Shown: positions 10,128-20,000, counted from the stretch's first letter. The stretch is DNA of 64,000 nucleotides from Candidatus Latescibacterota bacterium (GCA_965242865.1 CBDETK010000013.1:352001-416000), one strand, 5' to 3'. The notes: generated by a model not told the origin, from the sequence alone. Numbers and translations are program-made.

Positions 10128-11906
10128 TCACTTGCGGCCACCGTAACGGCGCAACACCGCCGCTGTTACAGCAGCACCGTTCCGCTCCGCCGTATGCAGC
10201 GGCGTCCGGCCATATTCGTCTTGGGCGTTTACATCCGCGCCGTTGTTCAGCAGCAGCACCGCCATCGTAGTCGCATCGACCCTCACCGCCCGGTGCAGTG
10301 GCGTCCAGCCATCGTAGTCTTGGGCGTTTACGTCCGCGCCGTTATCCAGCAGCACTTTCGCTACCGCCTCCGCATTGACCCACGCCGCTGCATGTAGCGG
10401 CGTCCAGCCATAGTTATTTTGGGCATGGACATCCGCACCCTGTGTGAGCAGTGATTGAGCCAGCGTAGGCAGGTTCATCCTCGCTGCAACGTAAAGGTGG
10501 GATATGCCCATGTTCATCCCGCCCGGATAGGGCTTACGTCCTATAGCGGCGACAAAAGCGTCCTGTTCCTGCCGCAGTTTTTCTAAAGCCGCCTGTTCCT
10601 GCCGCTGCTTCTCTAAGGCTACCTGCTCTCGCCGTTGCTTCTCTAAGGCGGCTTGTTCCTGCCGTTGCTTCTCTAAGGCGGCTTGTTCCTGCCGTTGCTT
10701 CTCTAAGGCGGCTTGTTCCTGCCGTTGCTTCTCTAAGGCGGCCTGCTCTCGCCGCTGCTTTTCCAAGGCGGCCTGTTCCTGCCGCTGCTTTTCTAAGGCG
10801 GCTTGTTTCTGACGTTGCCTCTCTAAGAAGGCGGCTTGTTCCTGCCGCTGCCTCTCTAACGCCTCCTGCTCCCGCCACTGTTGATCGGCATACTTACCAT
10901 ACATTAATACCCCCACCAAGACAGCAACTGCGGCAAACCGCTTAAAGAAGGGTTTCTTCTGCTCCAGCGGCGGCGTCTCCCGCCCCACCCTTGGCGCGTC
11001 CTCCACTTCCTCCCGCTCCACTGCTGCCGTCGCCACCATCGCCTCCCGCCACGCCCCCACGCTCTGCGGACGATCCCCCTCATCCACCGACAACGCCCAA
11101 TCCACCGCCGACAAAAACGCCGCATTCGCCCGACCTGCACACCGTTGCGCCACCGGAACGAGCGGATCATGCCGCATCCGATCCGTCGCGTCGTCCGGCA
11201 CATCCCCGGTCAACGCCCGATAGCACACGCCTCCCAAGGCATATATATCCGTCCACGGCCCCTGACGTCCCCGGCTTGAATACTGCTCAATCGGCGCATA
11301 CCCTGGCGTCACAATCGACGTAACCGACCGGCTCTTCGCCCCAATCGCCTGTCGCGCCGAGCCAAAGTCCAGCAACACCGGCGAACCATCCACATCGCGC
11401 AAGACGATGTTGCCCGGCTTGATGTCCCGGTGCAAAAAGTCCGCCCGATGCACCACCTCCAAAGCACTCAGCAGCGGATACAGAATACCCGTAAGCTCCG
11501 CTTCTTGCAGCGGCCCCTTGCGCTCAAGGTGCGCCGACAAGGTCTCGCCCTCGACATAATCCATCGCGATATAGGCCGTGCTACGCGCTTCAAAGAAGTG
11601 ATGGACGCGGACGATGTTGGGATGTTGGAACCGCGCCAGAATGCGGGCTTCGTCCAAAAACCGCTCCAAGCCCCATTGAAAATCCGACGCAGCCTGCGAC
11701 GTTTGCGGGACGACGGACCCGTCCTGTTCGCGGGTGGCTAAGTCGGCCGGCAGATACTCCTTGATCGCCACCGGAATATCCAAGGCCAAGTTCCAGCCCA
11801 AATAGGTGATGCCAAACCCACCGTGGCCGAGGACGCGATGAAACTCAAAGTCCCGAATGCGCGTCCCCTGCGGCAATGCCAAACGATGGTGCTGTGCCTC
11901 ACTCAT
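10128..11906 (-). CDS. Ser/Thr protein kinase with TM helix, 10-aa coiled-coil repeats and C-terminal ankyrin repeats
   Basis: Kinase motifs nearly identical to 7447..8985; hydrophobic FAAVAVLVGVLMY; about 10x LEKQRQEQAA; GWTPLH...LLDNGADVNAQD ankyrin repeats. Confidence 0.9.
   Translation of the reverse strand: MSEAQHHRLALPQGTRIRDFEFHRVLGHGGFGITYLGWNLALDIPVAIKEYLPADLATREQDGSVVPQTSQAASDFQWGLERFLDEARILARFQHPNIVRVHHFFEARSTAYIAMDYVEGETLSAHLERKGPLQEAELTGILYPLLSALEVVHRADFLHRDIKPGNIVLRDVDGSPVLLDFGSARQAIGAKSRSVTSIVTPGYAPIEQYSSRGRQGPWTDIYALGGVCYRALTGDVPDDATDRMRHDPLVPVAQRCAGRANAAFLSAVDWALSVDEGDRPQSVGAWREAMVATAAVEREEVEDAPRVGRETPPLEQKKPFFKRFAAVAVLVGVLMYGKYADQQWREQEALERQRQEQAAFLERQRQKQAALEKQRQEQAALEKQRREQAALEKQRQEQAALEKQRQEQAALEKQRQEQAALEKQRREQVALEKQRQEQAALEKLRQEQDAFVAAIGRKPYPGGMNMGISHLYVAARMNLPTLAQSLLTQGADVHAQNNYGWTPLHAAAWVNAEAVAKVLLDNGADVNAQDYDGWTPLHRAVRVDATTMAVLLLNNGADVNAQDEYGRTPLHTAERNGAAVTAAVLRRYGGRK
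10561..10880 (-). repeat. 30-bp coding tandem repeat, about 10 copies (LEKQRQEQAA)
   Basis: Repeated gcttgttcctgccgttgcttctctaaggcg unit visible at 30-nt period. Confidence 0.9.
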
Positions 11907-11953
11907 AACCGCTCCTATTTTTTAACACCGGCGCAAGCCATACCTCGACAAGC

Positions 11954-12086
11954 TAAGTACGCGACACGTGCTTTGCGCTTACCTTTTCTGGTGCTCCTAA
12001 TGCGTCTGGGACCGAAGGCGTCCCGCCTTCGACGAGGGCAAGATGCCCTCGATCCTTAGGAAAGCGGGGGCTGGTGTCGTGTAGTA
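11954..12086. mobile_element. ~135-bp MITE/REPIN-like element, copy 1
   Basis: Imperfect terminal inverted repeats TAAGTACGCGACAC...GTGTCGTGTAGTA; internal GGGACCGAAGGCGTC...GATGCCCTCGATCC inverted repeat; homologues at 46159 and 53843. Confidence 0.55.
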
Positions 12087-12105
12087 CACTCGGCAAGTTA
12101 CCCCA

Positions 12106-13161
12106 TCACTCCTCCTCGCCCGCACCCCCAACACGCTCTTCTTCCCCTTCTTGCGGCTCGTCCGGCTCGGCGTTCTCGCTGTCCCCTGTCGCCTCCGCCT
12201 GAGAAGCAGGTGCCGCCTCGTCAGTGGGTTCAACAGCCGGGGCGTCGGCCTGCATCACTTCGCCCGGCCCAAGCCAATAAATCACCCCCAATAAGACGAC
12301 CACGCATAGCAACGCCCCCAACAGCCCGACCCAACGTTTGGACCGCGGCTTGTCCTGCACCGCTTCCCGCTCGCTGTCCAATTCCGTGTCCTCGGCCGGG
12401 GCGTACAACAACACGGTCGCGTTGTCCTGATGGGGATGTTTGGCCGCTTCCACCGCTTGAATTAGGGCCGCGACGCTATCCTCCAAGGGCGCGTCTTGCG
12501 TTTTCTTGAGGATTTCCGCGATCTCTTGATCGCTGAGGGTCATCAAGCCATCGCTCGCCAAGAGCAGCCGGTCGCCTTTCTGCACGGCCACCGGCTGCGA
12601 CGACACGTCGATCATGGCAATGTCATCGCCCATGACCGCTGACCGCAGCGAATGCCGGCTTGGGTCCTGAGCCGCTTCCTCGGCGGTCATGCGCCCGGTG
12701 GCCACCAAGTCGGCGAGAACTGGTGCCATGGAGTGATCCGCATTCAAGCGTTCCAGTTGCCCGGCGCGGAACAACCACAGCGGCGAGTCGCCCACGCTGA
12801 TCCAGTTCAGCCCTTCGCGCGAGACAACCGCCGCGACCAAGGTCGAACCCATGCTGGCGAGTGCGGGGTTTTCGGCAACGGCCGCGGCAAGAGCGGCATT
12901 GGCCTCGTTGAGGCACGTGCGGAGCCGATCGACAATGGGGCCAGCCGCCTGCGGATACGCCTCGACAAAGGTCTTGCTCAACAGGCCGCTAGCCGTCGCG
13001 CCGCCCACGTGGCCGCCCATGCCATCGGCGACCAGCAACATGGAGTGCTCGCGGCCGTCCAAGCCGAGGTCGCGCCCGTCTAACAGACCGTAATCATCCT
13101 CTTGATAGTCCCGTTGGCCGGGAATTTGTCGCGCGGCAAACCGCCCGTCTAATTCGTTCAT
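12106..13161 (-). CDS. PP2C/PPM-family Ser/Thr phosphatase with C-terminal TM
   Basis: RDYQEDD, VADGMGGH, VGDS, DHS, LLASDGL and DNATV motifs. Confidence 0.92.
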   Translation of the reverse strand: MNELDGRFAARQIPGQRDYQEDDYGLLDGRDLGLDGREHSMLLVADGMGGHVGGATASGLLSKTFVEAYPQAAGPIVDRLRTCLNEANAALAAAVAENPALASMGSTLVAAVVSREGLNWISVGDSPLWLFRAGQLERLNADHSMAPVLADLVATGRMTAEEAAQDPSRHSLRSAVMGDDIAMIDVSSQPVAVQKGDRLLLASDGLMTLSDQEIAEILKKTQDAPLEDSVAALIQAVEAAKHPHQDNATVLLYAPAEDTELDSEREAVQDKPRSKRWVGLLGALLCVVVLLGVIYWLGPGEVMQADAPAVEPTDEAAPASQAEATGDSENAEPDEPQEGEEERVGGAGEEE

Positions 13162-13823
13162 CGCGCCTCATTTCCTTCGGTGTCTTGCCAGTCAAACTCC
13201 GCGCCGCACAGGGGCACGAACCGGAGAACCGTGTGGCCGATGCTAATGTGGCTCAGCGCCGGCAACTCAGTCGGAGCGAGCACGGGCTGCTCCCCGACGT
13301 ACGTCAGGTTGGTGCCGCCGCCATGCTGCACGTAAAACTTCCGGCCGCGCGGATCGTACGTGACAACGGCGTGGCCGCTGCGCGAAATCTGCTCGTCGCC
13401 AAAATCGAGCTTGATGCGGTCAGTAACCCCGCGGCCAATCGAATTGGAACCATACCCCAACGGCACGGCCCGCCCCTTGCCCGGCCCCTCGACCACCACC
13501 AACCACCCCACGACCGGATCGTCCATGCCGCGATCTTCGGCCGCGCGCTCCTGCCGCCGCTCCTCGTCTTCGCGCCGCGGCCGGCCGCCCACCAAGCGCG
13601 TCCGTTCCTCCTCGCCGACACCGGCCGGCGCTTGGCTCGCGCCCCGTTCCTCCTCGCCGCCCTGGGCCTCGCCCATCCGCTGCGTGGGCGCGTCTAAACG
13701 CCCGCCGCCCTGGGGTGCTGGCGGCAACGGCCTGTTGGCTAGGTCCGTTGGTTTGGTATCCTCTTGCCGGGCATCGGTTTTCTCTTCGATGATTTTGCCA
13801 TCGGGTCCGCGATAAACAGGCAT
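13158..13823 (-). CDS. FHA domain protein
   Basis: PVVGWLVVVEGPGKG...IGRG...ISRSGHA...TNLTYV; disordered N-terminus. Confidence 0.85.
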   Translation of the reverse strand: MPVYRGPDGKIIEEKTDARQEDTKPTDLANRPLPPAPQGGGRLDAPTQRMGEAQGGEEERGASQAPAGVGEEERTRLVGGRPRREDEERRQERAAEDRGMDDPVVGWLVVVEGPGKGRAVPLGYGSNSIGRGVTDRIKLDFGDEQISRSGHAVVTYDPRGRKFYVQHGGGTNLTYVGEQPVLAPTELPALSHISIGHTVLRFVPLCGAEFDWQDTEGNEAR

Positions 13824-13853
13824 AGTGCCCTCCTTATTGGGTTGTCCGGCCCC

Positions 13854-14615
13854 TTACTTTTCGTAGAGCCGGTTGATTAGGTTGTCCAAACAGTATTGAC
13901 CGGATTGGTTCAAGGCCATCTCTTCGCGGCCTTGGGCCATGTGCAGCGCGAACACCAATAGGGCCGATTGGACCAACGCGAGCAAAGTAGTGTAAAACGC
14001 AACGCCCAGCCGACCTGTGATCTCGGCCAGCAAGGTCGGGTCTTGGGGGTCTTCTACATTGGCCGCATAATCCAAGGCAAACGCAATGCCGACCACCGTG
14101 CCAATAAATCCCAACGTGGGGATCAGCCATACGAGATAGCGCAACATCGCGTACTTGAGTTCGAGCTCGTGTTGGAATAATTCAAGGGAAGAATTTAACA
14201 GGGAATTGGCCTGATTGACCGAATGGCTCCCTTGAAATTGCAAGATGCAGCGCGCGATCAGACGCTGTAAGAAGAAGGGACGCTCCTCGTCCTTGGGCCG
14301 CACCTTTTGATAAAAGGCCCCCAAATCCCGCGCCCGCAACATAACCTCATCGTCTTCTGGCAGATAGCGTTTCGACATCTGCTCCATTTCGAGCTTGGCT
14401 TGGTTAAACCGCACCCAGAGTTCGCCGCAGCCAATCCAAAACATGAGCCACATGACGTTTTGGATCGTAAACGGATAGGGGAAATTGACCGTGTGGCGAT
14501 CGAGCAGGAAAGCACCCACCGCCGAATCGGGGTGCGCGAAAACAAGGCTCATAATCGCGATGGATACGACGCCTCCGCTGAGGCTGACGCCGCTTGCTTT
14601 AAGGCGTTGCTCCAT
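13854..14615 (-). CDS. MotA/TolQ/ExbB proton channel family protein
   Basis: WLIPTLGFIGTVVGI and LGVAFYTTLLAL helices; ATG at 14615 with GAGGAGG RBS. Confidence 0.85.
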   Translation of the reverse strand: MEQRLKASGVSLSGGVVSIAIMSLVFAHPDSAVGAFLLDRHTVNFPYPFTIQNVMWLMFWIGCGELWVRFNQAKLEMEQMSKRYLPEDDEVMLRARDLGAFYQKVRPKDEERPFFLQRLIARCILQFQGSHSVNQANSLLNSSLELFQHELELKYAMLRYLVWLIPTLGFIGTVVGIAFALDYAANVEDPQDPTLLAEITGRLGVAFYTTLLALVQSALLVFALHMAQGREEMALNQSGQYCLDNLINRLYEK

Positions 14616-14616
14616 G

Positions 14617-14985
14617 TCAGTCCTCCTCGCCAATGATCTCGCCCGTCGCTGCGTTGCGCCGCACCGGCCCTTGGGGCAAGGCGGTCCCTTTTTCTGAACG
14701 GCGCACTTTTTTCGCTGCCAGCGCGACGAGTGCGGGTGCGGTCGTCTGATACTGACCGAGCAAAATCGCGTCGGTCGGGTTTATAAATTCCTGCCGGATG
14801 CGGCACCACTCGCCGTTGCGCGCCACGTAACTCCCCCGGCTGCTGGCGCAATCCGTGAGATAGTACGAGCCGCTGGGCGTCGCAACGAGCTCGGCGTGGA
14901 CGCGCGAGACCGAATCATCGTCCAGCCGGATGTCCACGTCCGAGCCGCGCCCGATTCGGTACACAGAAAAACTCGATTTGTTCAT
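14617..14985 (-). CDS. Small FHA domain protein
   Basis: IGRGSDVDIRLDDDSVSRVHAEL...LTDCASSRGSYV. Confidence 0.85.
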   Translation of the reverse strand: MNKSSFSVYRIGRGSDVDIRLDDDSVSRVHAELVATPSGSYYLTDCASSRGSYVARNGEWCRIRQEFINPTDAILLGQYQTTAPALVALAAKKVRRSEKGTALPQGPVRRNAATGEIIGEED

Positions 14986-15027
14986 ATAGCCGTCCTAAAT
15001 GTCAGCACCATTTTTTCCCTATGAGCG

Positions 15028-15053
15028 GTCATTCCCGCGAACGCGGGAATCCA
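15028..15053. repeat. REP-like palindrome GTCATTCCCGCGAACGCGGGAATCCA (dRS3-like)
   Basis: Short hairpin; copies at 29049-29074 (reverse) and 43041-43066. Confidence 0.7.
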
Positions 15054-15161
15054 GAAAAGGACCAAGCCGAAGCAGAAACTGAAACCCTAATTTTAGAACG
15101 CTTCTAAATATCCTCCCTGCGGTCCCGTAGCGGCGGCCCGAACAACAACATCGGCAAGCGT

Positions 15162-17291
15162 CTAAGGCAACTTGGTCGTCTTTTTCGCTTCTATCTGTCC
15201 TTCGATTTCGACGCGATAGATATACACGCCCGCGGCCACCGCCTTGCCTGTCTCGTCGCGGCCATCCCATACAAACCGATGGCTGCCCGCCTGCAACGGC
15301 CTGTCCCACACCTGCCGCACCCGACGACCCAACACGTCGTACACGGTCAGCGACACGCTCGTCGCGTCCGTTGCCAAATCAAGCGGCAACACCACCGCCG
15401 GATTGAACGGATTGGGATAGCTGTCGCCCAGCCGATACTGCGCCGGGCGCGCTGCCGCCGACGTCAGCACCGCTGTTAGCGGATCGCTCAGCGAACTCTT
15501 GAGCAGATGCACACCGCCCAAGACCGGATCCAACACCACCAAATCGACAGCGCCGTCGCCATCGACATCGCCCGGCAGCACCTGTACCCCATCGCCCTCT
15601 AAGCGATGTGTTTCCACGTCTTCTGTTGGGTTCACGCCCCCGCCCCATTCGACGAACACCCCGAAGCCCGACGCACGATCGCCGCCGACAAACGCCCAGT
15701 CCTCAACCCCATCGGCATTTAAGTCGCCCACCACCACCGGCGAGCGCAAAAACAGCCGCTCATCATACAACACCTCCGTCTCTACAACGCCGCTGGGGCG
15801 GCTGCTCCGCACAACCAGCCCCTTGCGTTGTTCAGCACCGTCGTAGCGCAGGGCCGTCAGCAAGTCCACTTGCCCATCGCTATCAAAATCGCCCGTGCCC
15901 AAAAAAGTATATGAAGCGAGGCTCTGGTCGGCCCCGAGGGCAAATAGGGAGCCTGCCGCAAACTCACCTCCCAACCGAGACACAACCCAAGTATGGGCTT
16001 GGCCAACGATGGGCCCCCACAGCACGTCCAGCCTCCCATCGCCCGTAAGGTCGCCCACCTGAATGGGCACATGATCCTCTGGGAGAGCCGCCACCCGCGA
16101 AGCGGTCCATACGCCACCCGCGACATCCCAGACCTCGAAATAGGACTCGCCAGCCACGGAATAACCTTCTGCATTGTAGTTGACCTCAGAAACGTCCGTG
16201 AAAAAGAGTTCGACATCGCCATCGCCGTCCCAATCCGCTAAGTTTACGAACTCGCGGTTAGGTATCTCCGTCATCACCTCGATCGGGCGGTCCGGCCCCA
16301 TAGACCAAACCGCGACCCGACTGTTTATAGCCAACGCGAGCTCGTCGGTGCCATCGCCGGTTATATCGCCTAGATCCACCTTGAGATAAGCAAGCTCTCC
16401 CACCTGTTCAGTCCATGCGGTTTCAAAGACCCCCTCGCCGTCGTTGAGGGCCATGACCCAACCAGAGGAGGTGTACAAGTCCCGGGGAGGGAGGTGTTGC
16501 CAAACAGAGAAAAGGTCTAAATCGCCATCGCGGTCCAAGTCCGTCAATACACCCGCCCGCTCGTTTCCGAGAACCAACCGGTCGCCTGTGCCCGGCACCA
16601 TGGGATGGAAAGCGGGCGGCTCGAAGTGCCGACCCCTCTCAAAGCGAAAATAGTCGGCTTGGGGTGGCGGTAATTCTCCTTGTAGAATCTCCTCAACGCC
16701 GGTCAACTCGATCCAGTCGATCGCCAAGCGGCCCACCTTTTGCTCGGCCGCACGCGGCACTCCGATTGCGCCCTGATCCAAGTAAAAACTCAGCCGAATA
16801 TCCCGTACCGCACCGGCCCATATAATCTCATCGGGGTCCACAATGGGAATTTCTACTTCTTGCCACTCGGTCGTGTAAACAAAGTCGCGGGGGCCGGGGA
16901 GCAAAAAGCGTCGTTTAGGCCATTCAGGATCGTGCCCCGGCCGCGTGAGGTTGTGTTCATTGGTCCATTTGAAGTTGAAAAAACCGAATGTAGGGCTGTG
17001 ATGGACGGTGCGGAACCGCACTCGCACCCGGTCGAACAGAGCCGAATCGTAGTCCAAGGCGGGAGAAATCACTTCGACGCTCGGATTGTGGTCATCCGAG
17101 CGAAAGGTCTCGATCATCCACGCGCCATCTGCAATCACCCCAGACAACAGGTGGAACTCATGAAAGCCACCCGATGAGACGTCCTTTTTAGCAGCCCATC
17201 CTTGCGCCGTCTCTCCGTCGAAATCCCAAGTGACTGCCGCGGCCGGGCGACTCAACAGCACCATCCCTGCACAAATAGAAACGAGCAACAC
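15162..17291 (-). CDS. Secreted FG-GAP/VCBS repeat protein with C-terminal FlgD-Ig domain (paralogue 1, most divergent)
   Basis: Signal peptide, N-terminal jelly-roll-like WDFDG..QGW...IDWIEL domain, multiple DxDGDGxxDL repeats, YPNPFNP...KKTTKLP. Confidence 0.85.
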   Translation of the reverse strand: MLLVSICAGMVLLSRPAAAVTWDFDGETAQGWAAKKDVSSGGFHEFHLLSGVIADGAWMIETFRSDDHNPSVEVISPALDYDSALFDRVRVRFRTVHHSPTFGFFNFKWTNEHNLTRPGHDPEWPKRRFLLPGPRDFVYTTEWQEVEIPIVDPDEIIWAGAVRDIRLSFYLDQGAIGVPRAAEQKVGRLAIDWIELTGVEEILQGELPPPQADYFRFERGRHFEPPAFHPMVPGTGDRLVLGNERAGVLTDLDRDGDLDLFSVWQHLPPRDLYTSSGWVMALNDGEGVFETAWTEQVGELAYLKVDLGDITGDGTDELALAINSRVAVWSMGPDRPIEVMTEIPNREFVNLADWDGDGDVELFFTDVSEVNYNAEGYSVAGESYFEVWDVAGGVWTASRVAALPEDHVPIQVGDLTGDGRLDVLWGPIVGQAHTWVVSRLGGEFAAGSLFALGADQSLASYTFLGTGDFDSDGQVDLLTALRYDGAEQRKGLVVRSSRPSGVVETEVLYDERLFLRSPVVVGDLNADGVEDWAFVGGDRASGFGVFVEWGGGVNPTEDVETHRLEGDGVQVLPGDVDGDGAVDLVVLDPVLGGVHLLKSSLSDPLTAVLTSAAARPAQYRLGDSYPNPFNPAVVLPLDLATDATSVSLTVYDVLGRRVRQVWDRPLQAGSHRFVWDGRDETGKAVAAGVYIYRVEIEGQIEAKKTTKLP

Positions 17292-17376
17292 GACAGCACC
17301 TCCTATTCGTAACTTGAATTGATGGTGAAACCGGAATAAGGCGCGATGAGTTCTCCCGGCAACATCGACAAGCGAC

Positions 17377-19545
17377 CTAAGGCAGCTTGGTCGTCTTTTT
17401 CGCTTCCACCCGGCCTTCGATTTCGACGCGATAGATATACACGCCCGCGGCTACCGCCTTGCCTGCCTCGTCGCGCCCATCCCATACAAACCGATGGCTG
17501 CCCACCCCCAGCGGCCCCTCCCACACCTGCCGCACCCGACGACCCAGCACATCATGCACCCGCAGCGACACTTCCGTCGCGTCTGTCGCCAAATCGAGGG
17601 GCAGCACCACCGCCGGATTGAACGGGTTGGGATAGCTGTCGCCGAGCGAATGTTGCGCCGGGCGTGCTGCCGCCGACATCTGCACGGCTGTTGCAGTCGA
17701 AGCCAGCGAACTCTTGAGCAGATGGGCACCGCCCAAGATCGGATCCAACACCACCAAGTCGAGATCGCCATCGCCGTCCATGTCACCGGACAGCACGTAT
17801 CGCCCACTGCCGGTCAGCCGGTGCCGCTCGCCTTCTTGGGTCGGATTGACGCTCCCGCCCCATTCGACGAACACGCCAAACCCCGAAGCGCGGTCTCCGC
17901 CAATAAACACCCAGTCGTCCACCCTATCGGCGTTGAGATCGCGTATCAGCACCGGCGAGCGACGCAGCAGCCGATCATCATACAGCACTTCGGCTTCGAG
18001 GCGGTCTCCAGCGCCCTTGCGCTGCAAGACAAGCCCCTTGCTTCCTTCGAGTAGATCGGAGGTGAACTCAGTGAGTACATCCACCTGCCCATCGCCATCA
18101 AAATCGCCCACCCCTAACGGCTTCAACGCTTCACCGACCTCAAAGACCTCGCCCCGCTGAAACGCCTCGGGCGTGCTGTTTTGCAACCCCTCGTCCAAGG
18201 GAGACACAATCCACCCGCGCACCAGATCGCGAATCGGTCCCCAGAACACGGCTACGGTCCCATCGCCGGTAAAGTCGCCGAGGTGATAGGGCGTATATTT
18301 TTCGGAATACGCCACCTCCGCGGACGTCCACTCGCCCTGTTCAACCTCCCAGACCGCTAACGTGCTAAAAAACTCCGCCGTACCATTGAGCATATCGTCT
18401 CTTGTGCCATTATATGTAGCTCCCCCGACAAATAATTCGACCCGGCCATCGCCATCCCAATCGGCCACACTGTGAATCGAGCGGTCAATCTGCACGAGTA
18501 CCTCCACTTGGAGATCCGGGCCGATAGACCACACTTCAGTCGGCAGATCTTGGTTTGTTCCTATGGTTATCGCGATTTCGTCTTTACCATCGCCCGTTAA
18601 ATCAGCACCCACCGCCTCTAAGGACAACTGGGGGACGATTACACTTTCCATTCCCGCCTCGGTACTACTCCCCCTGATGGCCACTACTTTCTTAACAAGC
18701 CCCCGCTCCAAGGCCCCGCGCCCGTCATTGAGGGCCATCAGCCAGCCACTTTCAGGCTCAAGCTCCTGTTGCACTTTCGAGGGTGTGTCCCACAGACCAA
18801 AAAGGTCTAAGTCGCCATCGCCATCCAAGTCCGTCAACACGCCGCCCTTCCGCTCCCCTAGATACCCTCCTACATGAAATTCTTGCCCTGTGCCCGGCGC
18901 AATCGGATAGAACACCGGCGGCGCAAAAAGCCCGGCCCCATCAAAGCGAAAGTACTCTACCAGCGGCGGCGACCGTTCCCCCTGTAGTAGCTCTTCCGCG
19001 CCGGTCAACTCGATCCAGTCAATCTCAAACTTCTCCACTACCTTGGTATCCGAATCAGCCAGTATAAATTCTAGTATGATATTTTTTAACGGACCCTCCC
19101 AGCCGTCTCGATCCGCCACCGACAGCACCACTTCCTGCCACTCGGTGGTATAGACTACTTGTTTGAAAACGAGCGTCTCAAAAGAAGCTCTAAACCCTGA
19201 AGCGTTTTCCCACCCGAGCCCAAGCGTACCCTCCGTAGGGTCGTCATAGACGGTGCGGCAGCGAATTCGGACATAGTCGAACAGGCCCGAATCATACCCG
19301 ATAGCAGGAGAAACCAGTTCGCCTTGCGGCAGGGGGGACACAGCCTTAGTGGCCGAGGGATCGACCGTGATCTGCCATACGCTATCTTCGACCACCCAGG
19401 GAAAATGGTTAAATTCACGCGCACCCCGGATATGTTCTTTAGCGGACCACCCTTGCGTCGTCCCATCGTCGAACTCCCACCGAATCGCCACGGCGGGACC
19501 GCTCCACAGTACAAAGCCGACAACAACGGCGGCAAATTTCAGCAT
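17377..19545 (-). CDS. Secreted FG-GAP/VCBS + FlgD-Ig protein (paralogue 2, clade A)
   Basis: Same architecture; MLKFAAV start, FFSTLAVWE and EVAYSEKY clade markers. Confidence 0.88.
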   Translation of the reverse strand: MLKFAAVVVGFVLWSGPAVAIRWEFDDGTTQGWSAKEHIRGAREFNHFPWVVEDSVWQITVDPSATKAVSPLPQGELVSPAIGYDSGLFDYVRIRCRTVYDDPTEGTLGLGWENASGFRASFETLVFKQVVYTTEWQEVVLSVADRDGWEGPLKNIILEFILADSDTKVVEKFEIDWIELTGAEELLQGERSPPLVEYFRFDGAGLFAPPVFYPIAPGTGQEFHVGGYLGERKGGVLTDLDGDGDLDLFGLWDTPSKVQQELEPESGWLMALNDGRGALERGLVKKVVAIRGSSTEAGMESVIVPQLSLEAVGADLTGDGKDEIAITIGTNQDLPTEVWSIGPDLQVEVLVQIDRSIHSVADWDGDGRVELFVGGATYNGTRDDMLNGTAEFFSTLAVWEVEQGEWTSAEVAYSEKYTPYHLGDFTGDGTVAVFWGPIRDLVRGWIVSPLDEGLQNSTPEAFQRGEVFEVGEALKPLGVGDFDGDGQVDVLTEFTSDLLEGSKGLVLQRKGAGDRLEAEVLYDDRLLRRSPVLIRDLNADRVDDWVFIGGDRASGFGVFVEWGGSVNPTQEGERHRLTGSGRYVLSGDMDGDGDLDLVVLDPILGGAHLLKSSLASTATAVQMSAAARPAQHSLGDSYPNPFNPAVVLPLDLATDATEVSLRVHDVLGRRVRQVWEGPLGVGSHRFVWDGRDEAGKAVAAGVYIYRVEIEGRVEAKKTTKLP

Positions 19546-19590
19546 GGCATCACCGATCCTTCCAGCAGATAGCGTACCCCGTCAAAGAAA

Positions 19591-19625
19591 GAGGCCGGCT
19601 TAATCGCGATCATTAAACCGGCCTC
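19591..19625 (-). terminator. Stem-loop downstream of peptide gene (stabiliser or partial terminator)
   Basis: GAGGCCGGUUUAAU-loop-AUUAAGCCGGCCUC followed by UUUCUUU on the minus strand. Confidence 0.6.
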
Positions 19626-19632
19626 TTACGCC

Positions 19633-19908
19633 TTAGCAAACGCAGCAATACCAATGCGAACACTCGGCATTGCAGTTCGCATCCAGCCAACATGTCTTAC
19701 ATCTGCAATCCGGCTCGTTCGGGTTTGCCTCGCAACCGGAGCTGCCCTCCAGCACTGTCCATGGGGTGCCGTCGCAGGCTTTCGCTTCCTTGGCCCCGAG
19801 CAGGACGGCGATCCCCGTGAGGACGCTGATGACCCAACCGAGGGCCAACCCCTGCCGAGCCGGCACCAAGCCGCTCGACGATGCGAAAAACTCCCTCAAA
19901 TTCTGCAT
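19633..19908 (-). CDS. Cys-rich secreted peptide precursor (type I, 10 Cys)
   Basis: Conserved 44-aa leader ending AKEAKA; core CDGTPW...WYCCVC; AGGAG RBS. Confidence 0.85.
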   Translation of the reverse strand: MQNLREFFASSSGLVPARQGLALGWVISVLTGIAVLLGAKEAKACDGTPWTVLEGSSGCEANPNEPDCRCKTCWLDANCNAECSHWYCCVC

Positions 19909-20000
19909 GATTCTCGTCTCCTACGTTGCCCAGTACGCCGGCGGCTCGATGCCGCTACGGCACTGGAAGTGAGTGTTAAAAAAACAGCCGATACGAGTCC

